Shown: positions 12,415 to 26,491, counted from the first letter of the stretch. The stretch is 64,000 nt of DNA from Amoebophrya sp. A120 (GCA_905178155.1 CAJINV010000004.1:8454882-8518881); one strand, 5' to 3'. The notes: generated by a model not told the origin, from the letters alone. Numbers and translations: made by a program.

Positions 12415-13545
12415 CGACTTCTGGGTCGTGCGGCGGTTTGATGCTGAAAATAAAGCTCAAAGGGCCGCGCGTACAAGGAACAGAATGAAGTCGAACCTTG
12501 TTTTTATCCGCGCAAACTAGGTAGAAATTCTTCTCACGAAGGGAGAGTGCTGTTGAGTAGTAGCAAGCGATAAATGCGGTGCTGGTAATTATATAGCTAC
12601 TGCGGGTTGTACAACTAGGGCAGTCGATAAGGACTACTTCTAGATATCACATCCATGCAAGGGTCGTGGGGTCGTGGTGAGGGAATCTATGACATGCGGG
12701 CGGGGTGGAGAACCTGGTGCGAAAATACTTAAAAATGTCTGGTCTTTATCATGAATGATCAAACAAAAGAAACTCAAACTTCAAGTAGGGGCAGTGAATA
12801 TAGCAAATGCGACTTTATTGTTTAACAACGCGGACCGAGCTTGTGCTGCTGTGCTGGAAGATGACTGCTCATACCGAGTTCGCTGTACCACATACAAATC
12901 CAAGAGTTAATACTGTGACGGCTAAGTATCTTCGTGTGGTCCTTAAGTAGTCGACGTGTTGCTATTGTGTTGCGCCGACGCGGCGCGGCCGCCAGCACGA
13001 TTGGTAGTGCGAGTGCCGCGTAGTACCGAACAAAAGAGCGAGTGTAAAAATTTGTTTCTACTAGTAGTGCTCCTTGTCAAGGTCAAACCGAATTCATTAT
13101 ATTATCCTTTGCGTTACTTACTTACGCAAAACCGATGACGACTTCATGAAAGTCGGACACGAAGGACGGCAGGTTTGCTTCATATCTACGACAAACGCGA
13201 CCGAGGCATACACCGAGAACCGACACAGAGTCTGCCAAACCGAAACAACCTCCACACGGAAGTACGGGAGAACACAGGCGGATCATGCGAAGCCACCAGA
13301 TTATGAGAAAACAAAAAGGATAGACCGCCGAGGAAGAAGTAGTTTATTGTCGTTTTCTTTCTAAAAGACGGGTAGTTCACAATGGAGGTACATCACGGTG
13401 CAAATCTCAATGAAAGACGCTGCAAGAAGAATTGAGTCGCTTTCGGCTATAGAAGAAGATGAAAATGAATCTCAACATTGTCTCCTGTTGCTGTAGTGGT
13501 ACCGCGTAAGCACAAGTAGACGTTTCTTCCCATAAACTCACACCA

Positions 13546-16500
13546 TCACACCTCAACATCTTCTTCATCCCCGGCCCCCGCCGCAAAAAAATCCTCGGCC
13601 ACACTGGGTGCCGGAATCTGTGGCGTTGGAAAATTCGGGCCTTCGCTGGCCAAAGCCGTTGTGCCGCCCTGCAAAAGCATCGGGACAACACTTGTTGGGC
13701 CTGTCGTCCCGACCGCAGAAGTACTAGACGCGGGACTAGCAGTTGTGGCAAAAATCAGCGAAACATGGGACGGCCCTCCTCCTGCCGACACGGCGTCGTA
13801 GGACACGATCGTCCGTCCAAACGGAACCTGCTGGTTGCTGTCCCCGAAAACAACCAACCGCCGCGCGGGATCGTAATCGTTGTTCTGCGCAAAGTCCTGC
13901 ACGACCCTTTCTTGTTTTAGCAGCTCCTCGTGCCGGCGACTCATGTAGATCATGCCGAGCAGCAAAAGGAAAACCACGACACAGGCCACGATGAGGAGGA
14001 CGAGGACACAGGAGTTGCTTGTTTTTGTGCCATTTGTAGTGTTCGTTTTTGACGATTTTGCGCCGGTGCTGCTGCCATCATCTACCTGTCCTGCCTGTTG
14101 CTCCGGAAGTGAATCTGCAGATGACTCTTCTGCTTGTGTTTTTTTCTGCTCAGTGGAAGTGGAGGACTTCATCACTGTACCATCTTCACCTCCAGTCCCT
14201 GTACTAGGAGGACTGCCGTCCTTTTGTCCGCTTTTTTCATCTCCCAGGTACGACCACGTGCGGTATCTCTTGAACTTGCTAGTGGTACCAGCACCAGGGC
14301 TCTCCTCTGAAAACTCGTTGATGTTCTTGCGTAGAGAAGAATTAGTAGGTCCAGTACTAGTAGCATCAAGTGCACAAGTGTCTGGGTCTGGAAAAGTGTA
14401 GACTTGTCATGCAGATTTTCCATGACCCGTGAGGTCTGGAATGCGGGACTTAGCATGACAGACTCTGCGAGGTCTCCGCTATGTCTGTCCTGCATGAGAA
14501 ACTCCCCTCCAACTTGGTCAAAAGTGGATAGCTCTTGGCACTCATGCAACACAGATTTTTGCATGCTTCAGATTTACCATGACAAGTTGCAATCTTCCAG
14601 ACTCAGACATTTTTGCAATCCATAAGTAGTACCAAAGCCGGCTCGGCCTCCTGTTGTGCGTGATCTACTTCCCAGATTTTGATTTCCTTTTCCACTTATC
14701 AAATGTAAAAATGTCTACTGGGTCTGGAAGATTCTGAGACTTGTCATGCATGTTTTGCACGACCCAGGATTGTGTGTGATGCATGCCCTACCATCACAGA
14801 CTTTTAGAACCCTTCCTGATGCCTACTCCGCATGACAAACGCCCGCCCCGCGTAGCACAAACCAGACTCCTCGTGCTGCTCATGCAATACAGATTTTTCT
14901 AGAGTCCAAAGTTAGCATCACAAGTTCCAATTCTTCCAGACCCACACATTTTTGCAGTTGATACCACTCTCCAGTTGCTTTTGTGCGTTCGGATTGGCGT
15001 TCGCCAATGGAGAACTATAAAAACGCGGATCCACGCCCGTGCAGGTCTGATTTGTGGAGAGAAAAAAGTTTGTCACAGTCACTAACTTGCAGGTTTTGCA
15101 TTACAAATTTTCTCAGCATCACAAACTTTCTTTGTATTGCAGAAACACTAGGGAAATCCCTAATAAAGTTTGGCTGTGATGCATTTTTACGCATGACAAA
15201 CAATTTTGTATTGCAAGAATGCGCATGAGTGATCGTGACGAACTTTTTTTCTTTGATATGATTTGATGTGGTTGTACTGTAGTTCGACGTATGAATTGCA
15301 AAAGTGTCTGGGTCTGGAAGATTGCCAGATTTTGTCATGCAGGTTTTCCGTGACCCATGAGGTCTGGCATGTAGGACATAGCATGACAGATTCTGCGAGA
15401 CCTTTCTCATGCCTATCCTGCATGAGAAACTGCCTCTCGATTAGGTCAAAAGTGGACAGCTTTTAGTAAACACGCAACACAGATTTTTGCATGCTTCAGA
15501 TTTAGCATGACAAGTTGCATTCTTCCAGACCCAGACATTTCTACATTTGATACGACGCTGCTCGTGTACACAGCACGAAATCCGAAACGGCCATTGCGTA
15601 CTCCCTACTCGTATCAAGTGCAAAAATGTCTGGGCCTGGAAACTTGTGATGCTAAAATGTGCATGATGGAAACACTTCCGAATGCAGACCAGCATGACAA
15701 CTTTCGGGAGATACACTTTCTCATAGGCAGCCCGCATGAGAAACTGCGTTTTTGCATGACAAAATGGCTGCGGCTTTTGTCGGTTATGCAATACAGATTT
15801 ATTCCCAGGAATGTAAAGCTAGCATTACAAGTTCCAATTTTCCAGACCCAGACATATTTGCATTTCATAACTCGCATCACAGCCACTCCCGTACCGCCGT
15901 TTTGTCCTCCAGTACCTGCCCTGGCACCACCAAGCCGTTGCGCTCTTCTTTCCAAATTTACACCACTCCGCGTGAGTTGTGGCGTTACTGGGGCCTATGG
16001 GCGACCACGCGCGAATCACGAACATGCCACCGGGCTCGTACAGGTGGCGGATGGCAGACGCGAACGATTTGCCACTCGCCCCGGTCTCCAGGTTTGTCAT
16101 CGATGCCGCGTTCCGGAAGTTGGGCAGGATCTCCCACACAAAAGTGGCTTTGTGCTCAAGTATGTGCGGTGGCAAGGGAGTTTTTTGCATGTAGTTGACC
16201 GCCTGGAGGTGGTTAGTATTCTTTACGCCCAGTCTCGGGTCCTCGGAGACGACGCTGTTTTCGGTCTGGTCCCAGGGCATGACCTATCCTGGGCAAAAAC
16301 GTGGCCCACACCCCAGAGTCAACGATTGCTAAACCTGCAAGAACACAGATGCAAGTCTCGATCTCCAAGTTTAATATTTGGGAGTTGTGCTGCATGAGAA
16401 ATCTCCATCTGCAGCGTAGTGCTGGTTGGCAAGGGAAGCGCCCGCATGGGAGAGCCACAGCCACTTCCTCATCCTGGTTACAGCATTACAAATGCCAAGA

Positions 16501-19500
16501 CATGATCACGATTGGAAATGCCTGTCAACATGGAGATGCGCATTACAAATGTTCCTGTCATTGCGCATTTGCATATACAACTCTGGGGTGGGGACGTTTT
16601 TGCTCATCATATGATCCCTTCCGCGGCATAGTAACCTCCACTTACGTGGACAACGCCGCCTAGTACCTGCTCCCGACAGTATCAAAATGAAAAATCCCCC
16701 CTCCTCATGTCAAAATGGAAGTCTGTGATGCGGGATTTGTGTACAAAAGTCATTTTGTCACGCTAGCAGGGAAATAAAGATGCGGACCGTAATACTGGGT
16801 GGCGTGGGAAATAAGCCTTGCATCTTCAGCATGCCAGCAGGCAGCTGGAAGTGGGAACAAACAGCATGACTATAATTGCCTGCACACGAGGCCTTGACTG
16901 CGCCTCTTGGCGTTCTAAGCAATACAAATCGATTTGTGTAGTTGTACTCAAATACAGCATCACAAAAAGTTTCGTTTTCGCTATGGGGACGAGGGGGGAG
17001 TTTTCATTTTGATAGACAGGCCTCGCTCACCGGGGCTACGAACCCAGACTGATTAATCCAGTCGGGATCCCACCAGGCCTTCCCGTACGTTAGTATCAAA
17101 TGTAAAAATGTCTGGGTCTGGAAGCTTGTGATGCTGGGCGGCGTCTCATGATGAGGCCACAAGTGCTGGCTCAGCATGACAAGTTTCTGAGCTTCTAGGT
17201 GTTGCCTATTCTGCATGACAAACTGCGTTTCTGCATCACAGAAAAGTGGAGCTCTTGGGTAACGTGCGTGACAGATTTAAGAGTCATGCCAGACAAGCAT
17301 GACAAACATGCATTCTTCCAGACCCAGACATTTTTGCACTTGATAGTTAGTTCTTGACCACGATAGCTATCTTTTATTTCGTCTCCAGTTTTGTTCCTCA
17401 GTCGTGCCTCGAAGAAAGCTGGTGTTGCCAGTTGCGCGGACAGGTGTTTCGTTCTCTGTATCAGCCAGCAGTTTTGTTGGGGGGTGCGAACGTTATCGGC
17501 GTTGGCACTGCTTATTATACTTGGGCTGAGGTTCTGCTGGCGCAATTTGCTAAACGGGTGGTGGAAGTCTTCGTAGATGAAAAGTGTGCATTTATCCTGA
17601 GGGAAAAGCGTCCCCACACCAGAGTCAAGATGGGAAATCTGCTAGACAAATTAGCCAGCTTTGGTTGCTTTGCATGACAAGTTTGTCCTCGTAGCGTAAT
17701 CCTGTTTAGGTAGTTCAGAAACATCACAGATGCAGCACATCATGCTGATTATAGCATCACAAATTCCGAAACACGAATAGAAAACGCTTCTCATGGGGCT
17801 CCGCATGAGAAATTTTTTTGGCATGCAGATTTGCATGACAACTCTGGGGTGGGGACGTTTTTACACAGGATAGCATGCCGGCTCCTCCACGCAGAGCTGC
17901 AAGCACTGGTCAGGCGTGGTGTCTTTGAAAGCGTCCGAACTCCGCCCGACCGTTCGGTTCGTCAGGTTCTTCGCGCGGAGCACGTACTCGTTCACGTGCA
18001 CCCCCCGCAAGGGTCGAGTGCATAAACTTTTGTACTTGTCAGTGACTTCGGGAAAGGGAAAAACGAGCCAGCTGCGCGTGTCGTTGTACGTGAAAACGTT
18101 CTGGACCGACGCGAAGTAGCCGATCGGGTATCCTACGCAAAAACGTCCCCACCCCAGACTCAAAATGGGGAATCTGCTAGACAAATCCACCAGCTATGGT
18201 TGTTGCGCACGCCAAGTTCTTTTGCCCCGTAGTGTAAAAATCCTGTTTCGCTCGTTCAGCAGCATCACAGATCTAGCCTGTGATGCTGATTGGAGCATTA
18301 CAAATTTTTAAACGCGACTAGAAGATGCTTCGTATGGGGCGGCCCCGCATGAGAAACATTGTGATCCTGATCATGCAGTTTTGCTGCATGACAACTCTGG
18401 GGTGGGGACGTTTTCACATAGGATATCGGGCCCTCGTTGATCAGTTCGAACGTCCAGCACGGTTTGTGCTCCAACCCAATCTGGTTCGCTATGGATTGCA
18501 AAAATGTCTGGGTCTGGAAGGTTGCAACTTGTGATGCTGCATTTGGATTCTAAAAGAATCTGTATTGCATGACCAGCAAGACGAGTCCAGTTTGTGCTAC
18601 GCGGGAAGGGCAGTTGTCATGCGAAATAGGCATCAGGAAGCCATCTAAAAATCTGTCATTCTAGCTCATGCATTACAGGCATCATGGGTCATGCTAAATA
18701 TGCATCACAAACCTGGCAATCTTCCAGACCCAGACATATTTGCAGTTAATATCCGCACGGAAGTCACAAAAGTAGTCCTTCGTGGGTCCGGGGGTGTCGG
18801 CCGGGCCCCCGTCGAACTGCGGCGCGATGATGCAGTCGTGGTCCGCGTGCTTCGTTCCGCGGTCTATGGTAAATTGTAACGTCGAGCCCGGCGGAAGTTG
18901 CCACTTTGTGATCTTCTGTTTCGGCACCACATCAGGCCCGGCGGGGTCGTCCCAGAAGGCTTCCTCGTCTGGCGTGGGAGCGCCCGGGGGGATCTGTAAC
19001 AGCATAAACCCCGTCTCGTGCAGCTCAAACGGCATGTTGAACTTGCTTTTCCGGAGTTTGCGGATCACAAACCCAGTCGGCGTTATCGAGAACGCTGCCT
19101 TGTCGAAAAGCACTTCCCTTCTCGCCACTAAATAAACCGGTTTGGAAAGCCCGTTCTCGAGCATGCGGAAGCAAAATTTCTCCGGGGTACAGTCGGCCGA
19201 TGGTCGTTGTGCTGCTACTGCAGTTGTTGTGCTGTTTTTATCTTCAATATTTGATGTCGTGTTGGCGGATGTAGTAGCTCTTGTGTTTGCGCCTGTGCTG
19301 CTGGGTAGAAGTCGCGTAGTAAGTCCAGCCTCCGACGCCAGGGTTCTTGACGTCGCCGACGTGGCTTTATTTGACGCTCCTGCTCTTGTTGCGAGAAAAG
19401 TAGTCATCCTCGCGCCGTCCTCTGGGAGTAGTTGCTCGACTCTTGCCTTTTGCTGATTTTCTTCTTGCATTTCGTCCTCTCCAGTTGGGGAAATCGCTGT

Positions 19501-19995
19501 AGTAGTATCTTCGGAAGTAAAAATAGAAGCCCTAGTTGTACTTCGCCAGGGCGTGCCTGCACCTGTTCTTCTAGAGAACAGAGCTGTAGTTTCTCTTCTT
19601 GCGCCCCTTGCGGTCGTCCTCGTGACCGGTATTTTTAACATTGCGGTCGGTGTTCTTGTATTGGTACTGGCAGGTGACTGCGGTCGTTGTCTCGTTATAA
19701 TCCCTATGCCCATATAAAAGTACAGTAGGAGAACAATGAGACACGACACCGGAAGCATGATTTTTTGTAGCTTCGAAAGCCCCCCTTCTCCTCCAAACAC
19801 TCCTGTAGTTCTTTTGCATGATTCGCCCTGTTCATGCAGTTCTTCTTGTAGTACAGCTACAGGTTGCTCAGGCTGTTTTTCTTCCTGCTGCTGGCTCGTC
19901 CCTGCTGTATGTCCTGACACGGCAAAGGCGCACATCGTTTCCTCACCTTCAAAGTGCCCGTCAAGAAGATCTCCCATGCTACTACAACTGGACAT
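13546..19995 (-). CDS. Large membrane protein with a PAN/apple-like module and TM segments near both ends
   Basis: Continuous frame after removing 11 introners (junctions checked by hand). TTPDQCLQLCVEEPACTLFIY...NCWL resembles the PAN/apple Cys pattern. TMs: VSCLIVLLLYFYMGIGII and VLVLLIVACVVVFLLLLGMIYM. Confidence 0.75.
14364..14624. mobile_element. Introner, family A
   Basis: Family A TIRs (left end cat); DR agtag. Confidence 0.9.
14697..14963. mobile_element. Introner, family A
   Basis: Family A TIRs; DR ccact. Confidence 0.9.
15053..15258. mobile_element. Introner, family G
   Basis: tgtggagagaaaaaagtttgtcacagtcact...agtgatcgtgacgaactttttttctttgata; DR tgatt; join in frame. Confidence 0.8.
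15290..15552. mobile_element. Introner, family A
   Basis: Family A TIRs; DR cgacg. Confidence 0.92.
15612..15869. mobile_element. Introner, family A
   Basis: Family A TIRs; DR actcg. Confidence 0.92.
16285..16611. mobile_element. Introner, family B
   Basis: Family B TIRs; DR tgacc/tgatc. Confidence 0.88.
16680..17014. mobile_element. Introner, family H
   Basis: tatcaaaatgaaaaatcccccctcctc...gacgaggggggagttttcattttgata; DR gacag. Confidence 0.88.
17094..17345. mobile_element. Introner, family A
   Basis: Family A TIRs; DR gttag. Confidence 0.92.
17593..17872. mobile_element. Introner, family B
   Basis: Family B TIRs; DR gcatt/gcatg. Confidence 0.9.
18129..18425. mobile_element. Introner, family B
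   Basis: Family B TIRs; DR tcggg. Confidence 0.92.
18490..18751. mobile_element. Introner, family A
   Basis: Family A TIRs; DR ttcgc/tccgc. Confidence 0.9.
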
Positions 19996-21879
19996 CCTAA
20001 AAACTAGCCGGACAGGTTCATGCCAAGAACCTTCCCATCCGCATCGGCTTTATCTGTAGCTTTACTGAATATAGTCTTGTGTTTGCGATGAAGTATAAAT
20101 TTAAATACTTTATTGGAGCATATTCTTATGCTTAAAAATATGGAGGCATGGGTGCTACCCTCTATCGTGCGGGTTTCAACATTCCATTGGCACCATGGCC
20201 TACCGAGGGGAATTTTTACTGGCCTCGAAGGATACTGAAAACTGTAGCCATACGGTACGTTGCTGTCGCAGCAGCCACACTAGAGGAAATAAAGCCTGTT
20301 TCATTTTTTTTTGGGTGAGACGAGGTCGACGAGCATTTCTGGATTTCAGTCAGTTAGCTGGCCTACTTAGCGACGAAAATGTTAGCACAACAAGGAGCAC
20401 ACGCAGCCCACAGACGAAAGACTGCACGAAAAAAGGGAAGCCAGGACGACAACAAAAAGTACGATGAAAAATACGTATGTTGGTGTTTGTGTTGTCAGTC
20501 AGTAAAAAATGCAGAATATGTTGTACAGTTGGTACACCAACACGAGCGTACGACGGTCTGCCTTACCTTACGCACGAAAAAACCTACCACGACTAAATTT
20601 GACAGCGATTCCGACTCATCAGCACGATGAATTCCTGATGGTTCTCAAGAAGACGATTTCTTGCAAAGGTGGTTTAAGTTCACGTCACGAAAAAGACGCG
20701 CAATGCCGCATGCCTTGTTTCTTTTGTGGGCAACCGCAAGGTGGCAGGCCACAGGTCTTCTGCGGCCATGATCATGCAGCTGCCAATTCGAATTTTTCTC
20801 AATCAATGTTCTTTACAAACGGTTCGGCACTAGAATTCGTTTCTTAGGATTAAAGAATTTCTTCAACTTCAACAAAAAAAAATTATAGGCAATCACAAAT
20901 ACTAGGAGCACCAGAAATTTGGATCTAAAAAGAAGATTAACATCGAAACCGCTGCATATCTTGCTTGGGTAGTGACCTGGCGATAAGTACTTATTTACCT
21001 TCTTTGCAGGAGAAAAACGAGAGAATTCAGGTCACTTCACATCTCCATCTTCACTTGTAGAAACATAATTGCATAATATCCTTGCTCCAACTAATACACC
21101 ATAATACTTTCGTAATTCAGGGTAAAACTCTTCCTTTCCAAAAATCTAATTTACAAATCGTACATAGCCGCTTCGGTTCCGAACTTCTTTGGCTATAATT
21201 TGCGAAGAACTTTGAGGCTTTTTTTGTTTTCCAATCGACAGAAAAATATCATAAGTACTGCTTTTTGTCTTTTTCAAACAGCAAAGTCGAAATTGAATTT
21301 CAATTTTTAATATTCGCAGTTGCAGTAGAAGAAGCAGTAAAATAGTTTTGCTTTTTCACGGAAGAAATTTTGCAGAGAAGGCTTAGTTGAGTTTGGCAAA
21401 CGAAATAAACTTTGTACTGAATAAAACAAGGAGTGAAAGAAATTACGCTCTCTTTTGCAGAGAGCAAAATTTTTTTCAGTTTAGGTTTTTTTATTTTTGA
21501 GAAGATGAGATTTGAGTACCAAATAAGATTAATATTTATATTACGCTGTAGCTAGAAAGAACCATTTAGCAAAAAAGAATACCAATCGCAGAAACTTTAC
21601 TTTCAGAACGAGCGAAAGATTGATTTTTCGAGAACAGAAAAGATACGTCTTCATGTAAAGACATCAGAAACTTTTTTACCCTTTACATAGTGATAGTCCC
21701 AGTAATAATTCTGTGCACTACTTCCTGTTATCAAGATCAAGTGGTCAAACACAAGAAGAACTAGAACTCGACATACAAGTATCGGTCTGAAACAAAAAGA
21801 ACTGTGAACTGCGATATATTGCAAAAATCCTCCGGCCGGCGTCAGTGGGACTCGAAGCGCTGCTCACTTTTATACTTTC

Positions 21880-24800
21880 CTATACCAACGCAGGGGAGAT
21901 GGCCACCGGGTTCGAACTGCCAGTTCCAGCAGCACCGTCCACCAGGATCCTGTCGTCGGCCGGAATCGCGAAGTCGCGTTCCATCATGTGCGGCCCGCGT
22001 GGGGTTTTCTCGCTCTTTACCGCAGCCTCAATGCGGGTCTTCGTGATCTCAATCACGCGCGCGTCGAGCTGTTTTTGATGTCGTGTATTGGTTTCTCTTT
22101 CTTCTCATCGAGATGAGAGTCCATTTGGAAGATGAAACAAGATCAACTCCGATTAAGCTACGACACACTAGAACACAAAGTCTTCGTCTACCTTTTCATC
22201 CCCCCAAAAGGCCTTCATTCCCAGCAAGTGTCGTACGTCGCTCGCGGCGTATTCGATCAGCATAGGATGCAAGGGCCGTCGCGCCCATTCTTCGCCCTCC
22301 TCTTTGGTATACAGCTTCTGCCCGGCCTCCTTCAGCCTGTGATATTGAATATTGTTTTGGGGGTTGTGCGTGAGCGTGGTGGAAGTGTAGAGTAGAATGG
22401 GATTACGAAAGTGCATGCGTGTGTGCATGACAAACTGAAGCTCGTCAAAGGATGAAGTATACAATACTAGTATGGGTCGTATGCATGATGAAGTTTATAC
22501 AATAATGCTAATACTTCTGAATCCGCTCTCTTTGCGCTAGTGCCAGCACCGAGTAGTTTCGGAAGCAGCGGCCGAGTCCCACTACGTAGGTGTGCTTCGA
22601 AATCGGCTGCCCATACTTCAGGTGAAACAGCACTTGAATGTCATACACGTTCTCCGTTTTCACGCGAAACAGGTGCCACAGCTGTGATTGTGATGTTGTG
22701 TACGTGGTGATTTTGCATGACAAAGAAGATTTATCTACGCATAATTTTTGCATGACAAAGTAGAACCACAACTTCTATACCGCATCATTGTCAGCCCGGC
22801 CGTCGAAGACAATTTTGCACACTTTCGCATTTTCCAACAAACTCCGCATTCCGCAGACGGAGAACAGCGTTTCCCCGATATTATTTGCAAAAGCGTCCCC
22901 ACACCAGAGTCAAGATGGGAAATCTGCTAGACAAATCAGCCAGCTTTGGTCGTTTGGCATCACAAGTTTGTCCTCGTAGCGTAATCCTGTTTAGGTAGTT
23001 CAGCAGCATCACAGATCTAGTATATCATGCTGATTGTAGCATCACAAATTCCAAAACACGACTAGAAAATGCCTCTCATGGCGCTCCGCATGACAAACTT
23101 TTTTGCCACGCAGATTTGCATGACAACTCGGGGGTGGGGACGTTTTTACTCTGAATACCCGAGCGCCTTCACGTCAAACAGGTAGACGGGTGAGAGTTCG
23201 TTGCAAATCTGGATCAAGTACACCGCGCCGCTGCGGTATGAGAGTGCAAAACCCCGCCCCTCCCCCTCATTTGTCATGCAAAATACCAAACGCACCCTTT
23301 GCCTCTTGGCACTTTTTGCATGACAGATTCTGGTAGCTGCCCAAACAGCACTACAATCAGTCCGAGGTCGTGGATTTGCCATGCAAAACCTGCACTCTTG
23401 CCGACGCTTGTATTGCTGCTCATACCCTACACATAAGGGCGGAGGGAGGGTTGTGCACTCTCATATGCGGCACAAGTCCCGGCCCTCGATGTCGATCGCG
23501 ATCGGGAGATCGTCGCTTAGGAGTAAATATCAACTGCAAAAATGTCTGGGTCTGGAAGAGTGCATGTTTGTCATGCTTGTCCGGCATGACTCTTAAATCT
23601 GTCATGCACGTTACCCAAGGGCCCCACTTTTCTGTCATGCAGAAACGCAGTTTGTCATGCAGAATAGGCAACACCTAGAAGCTCAAAAATTTGTCATGCT
23701 GTGCCAGCACTTGTGGCCTCCTCATGATACGCCACCCAGCATCACAAATTTCCAGACCCATACATATTTGCAGTTCATAGTAAATCAATCGCCGCCTTCG
23801 CGGTGTCGGGTTGGTCCAAAAAACACACCGTTTTGATCGTGGTCGCCACTAACGTGGTGTCCTGGTAGTGCACGGACAGGGACAGACTCGGTGCGGTGGA
23901 CATGGAGGCGAGATTTTGGGTGGCTTTTTCGAAGTCCGGGTTGCCGATGATGTCGTCGTTGTGACTGGGGAGGGGTAGGGTCAGGGGCGGGTCTTCGTGT
24001 TTCTCCACCAGGTTCTTCACGAATTTTTGGAAAAAGGACTCGATCTTGGGCGGTGTCGTGCTGGTAATATTCGGTATGGAATGTAAATATGTCTGGGTCT
24101 GGAAGATTCTGAGACTTGTCATGCAGGTTTTGCATGAGTCATGATGTCTGTGATGCGTGCCCTAGCATCACAGATTTTTTGAGGGCGTCTTGATGCCTAT
24201 TCCGCATGACAATTGCCCTATCCGCGTAGCAAAAATCACACTCCCTTTGCTGCTCATGCAATACAGATTTTTTTGCAATCCAAATGCAGCATCACAAGTT
24301 GCATTCTTCCAGACCCAGACATTTTTGCAATGCATATTCGGTGCGGTAGAGCCAGAAACTTTTTCCTCGATGAGCTCGCTGTTTTTCTCGAAAGGGTTGG
24401 CGAGTGCCTCGAGAGGAATGGTACAATTATCGGTGTGCAGGACCTGTGGTTATTTATTTTGCTGATGACAATGCTTCTGCTTCGTTCACGTTCTTATACG
24501 ACAGATGTGATGACAATGCTTCATTCAAGTTTTTTTATACGAAGTTTATTATAGGAAATTTTACGGAACAAAGGGAAACTAAACAATTATAGCTACCTCT
24601 TTCTCCTCTCCAATCACGGCAGCAGTGTTGATATCAAATGTAAAAATGTCTGGGTCTGGAAGATTCTGAGATTTGTAATGCATGTTTTGCATGACCCAGG
24701 ATGTCTGTAATGCACGACCGGGCATCACGGATTTTGAGCTGGCTTCCTGATGCCTACTCCGCATGACAAACGCCCTCCCCGCGCATCACAAACTAGACTC

Positions 24801-26491
24801 CTCTTGCTGGTCATGCAATACAGATTTTTCTAGAGTCCAAAGTTAGCATCACAAGTTCCAATCTTCCAGACCCAGACATTTTTACATTTGATAGTTGACC
24901 TCCTCCGTGGGCAGCTCCGCGTCGCAGCTCTCGGATACCGATATAACAGTGCACAACTCCCCCTCCCCCTCATTTTTATAGCGTGAGCAGCAATGCAAGC
25001 ATCAGCAAGAATGCCGGTTTTGCATGATAAATTTGCACTGGAGTATAGTGCGATTTGGGGTACCAGAACTTGTCATGCAAACAATGCCAAGGGGCAAGCG
25101 GTAGACTGGGTATTTTGCATGACAAATGAATGGGAGGGGGAGTTGTGCACTATCATAACCGAAATACCGCCCACATTGATCGTGTCGGAGACAGTATTAG
25201 CGACGGGCAGATTCGATGTAGAAGTAGTTCCCTGCTGCTGCTGCTGCCCGTAAGACGAGTGCATTCGCCGCAAGGTGAGCGCCGCGTCGGAGACGGACCT
25301 CGTTATGCAAGAAAAAAACTGTGTAAGTGTAAGTCTGTGATGCAGAAACTGCAAAACAGTTGCACTTGTCATGCTGGACATGCATCAGAGGCTCTTTCCG
25401 TACGTGTTTTCACGTACTAGCCGCGCATGACAGGCTCTCTCTGTCATGCAGAGCAAACTTGTGATGCTATTCCTCCAAGAAAGTTACACTAACACAGTTT
25501 TTTCCTTGGATACTCGTGCGACCGCGGTTATTTTGCTCGTTGTTGTCACTCGTACCGGATACCCTGTGGAAAAACGTCCTCACCCCAGAGTTGTCATGCA
25601 AGTGTGCGATGACAGGAACACTTGTAATGCGCAGCTCTATGAGAGGTATTTCCCATCGTGTTTTGAAATTTGTAATGCTGTAAACACGATGAGAAAATGG
25701 ATTTCTCATGCAGCTTCCCTCGGTAACCAGCACTCCACTGCAGAGGCAAACTTGTCATGCGCAACTCCCAAAAATTGGAGATTTGTCTAGCAGATTTCCC
25801 ATCTTGATTATGGGGTTGTGGGGACGTTTTTACTCAGGATACCGGAAGACGATTCTTCATTCAAGTTGATGTAAATCCCATCGGTGTAGTATCCTATGTA
25901 AAAACGTCCCCACCCCATAGTCAAGATGGGGAATCGGCTAGACAAATCCACAGGCTTTGGCTGTTTCGCATGACAAATTTGGACTCGTAGTGTAGTGCTG
26001 TTTGAGCTAGTTCAGCAGCATCACAGATCTAGTATCACATGTTGATTGGAGCATGACAAATTTCGAAACAGCATCAGAAAATGCTTCTCATGGGGCTCCG
26101 CATGAAAGGCATTCTAAGCATGCAGATTTGCATGACAACTATGGTGTGGGGACGTTTTTACACAGGATATGTAGGTCGCGTTCAAACTGTCACCGAAGTC
26201 CGCCGCGGAAAGCAACACCGGATTAATGGACTGCAGTTGAGGATGTTCAACACCAGGTTGCATGGTTTGCTGAGGGTTTTCGCGGCCACCGCTGTTGGAC
26301 GGCTGTTGTTCCCCAGATTGAATTTTGTCGGTTTGGTGTTTTTGCGCCTGCTGTGTAGGAGCATTGGCGTTAACATTGGCTCCCGTTTCGACTGAAGTAG
26401 TACTAGCCGGCTCTTGCAGTAAATTGATGTTAGTACCACCAGCGGTTCCTGCTGTTTGGTCCAGTGAAGCCTGGTGTTGATGGTGCGCCAT
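21880..26491 (-). CDS. DEDDy 3'-5' exonuclease (EXD1/Egalitarian-like) with a low-complexity N-terminal extension
   Basis: After introner removal: ExoI IAIDIEGRDLCRSGAVYLIQI, VYLFDV, KIVFDGRADNDA-LWHLF...VYDIQV, ExoIII WARRPLHPMLIEYAASDVRHL. The start codon (MAHHQHQ, 26491) is inferred. Confidence 0.8.
22879..23157. mobile_element. Introner, family B
   Basis: Family B TIRs; DR cccga. Confidence 0.9.
23237..23465. mobile_element. Introner, family D
   Basis: tatgagagtgcaaaaccccgcccctcc...ggagggagggttgtgcactctcata; DR tgcgg. Confidence 0.92.
23528..23779. mobile_element. Introner, family A
   Basis: Family A TIRs; DR gtaaa; inverted relative to 17094-17345. Confidence 0.92.
24075..24336. mobile_element. 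Introner, family A
   Basis: Family A TIRs; DR ttcgg. Confidence 0.92.
24632..24893. mobile_element. Introner, family A
   Basis: Family A TIRs; DR gttga. Confidence 0.92.
24942..25157. mobile_element. Introner, family D
   Basis: Family D TIRs; DR accga. Confidence 0.9.
25304..25512. mobile_element. Introner, family E
   Basis: tatgcaagaaaaaaactgtgtaagtgtaa...ttacactaacacagttttttccttggata; DR ctcgt. Confidence 0.92.
25560..25841. mobile_element. Introner, family B (inverted orientation)
   Basis: Family B TIRs; DR ccgga. Confidence 0.9.
25890..26169. mobile_element. Introner, family B
   Basis: Family B TIRs; DR tgtag. Confidence 0.92.

Noticed and set aside
15507-16397. 296-aa plus-strand ORF as a possible transposase
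   Set aside because: It spans introners and the antisense of an exon; no recognisable catalytic motifs.
20850-21800. AT-rich tract as an RNA gene or organellar insert
   Set aside because: No recognisable tRNA, rRNA or spliced-leader sequence; treated as intergenic.
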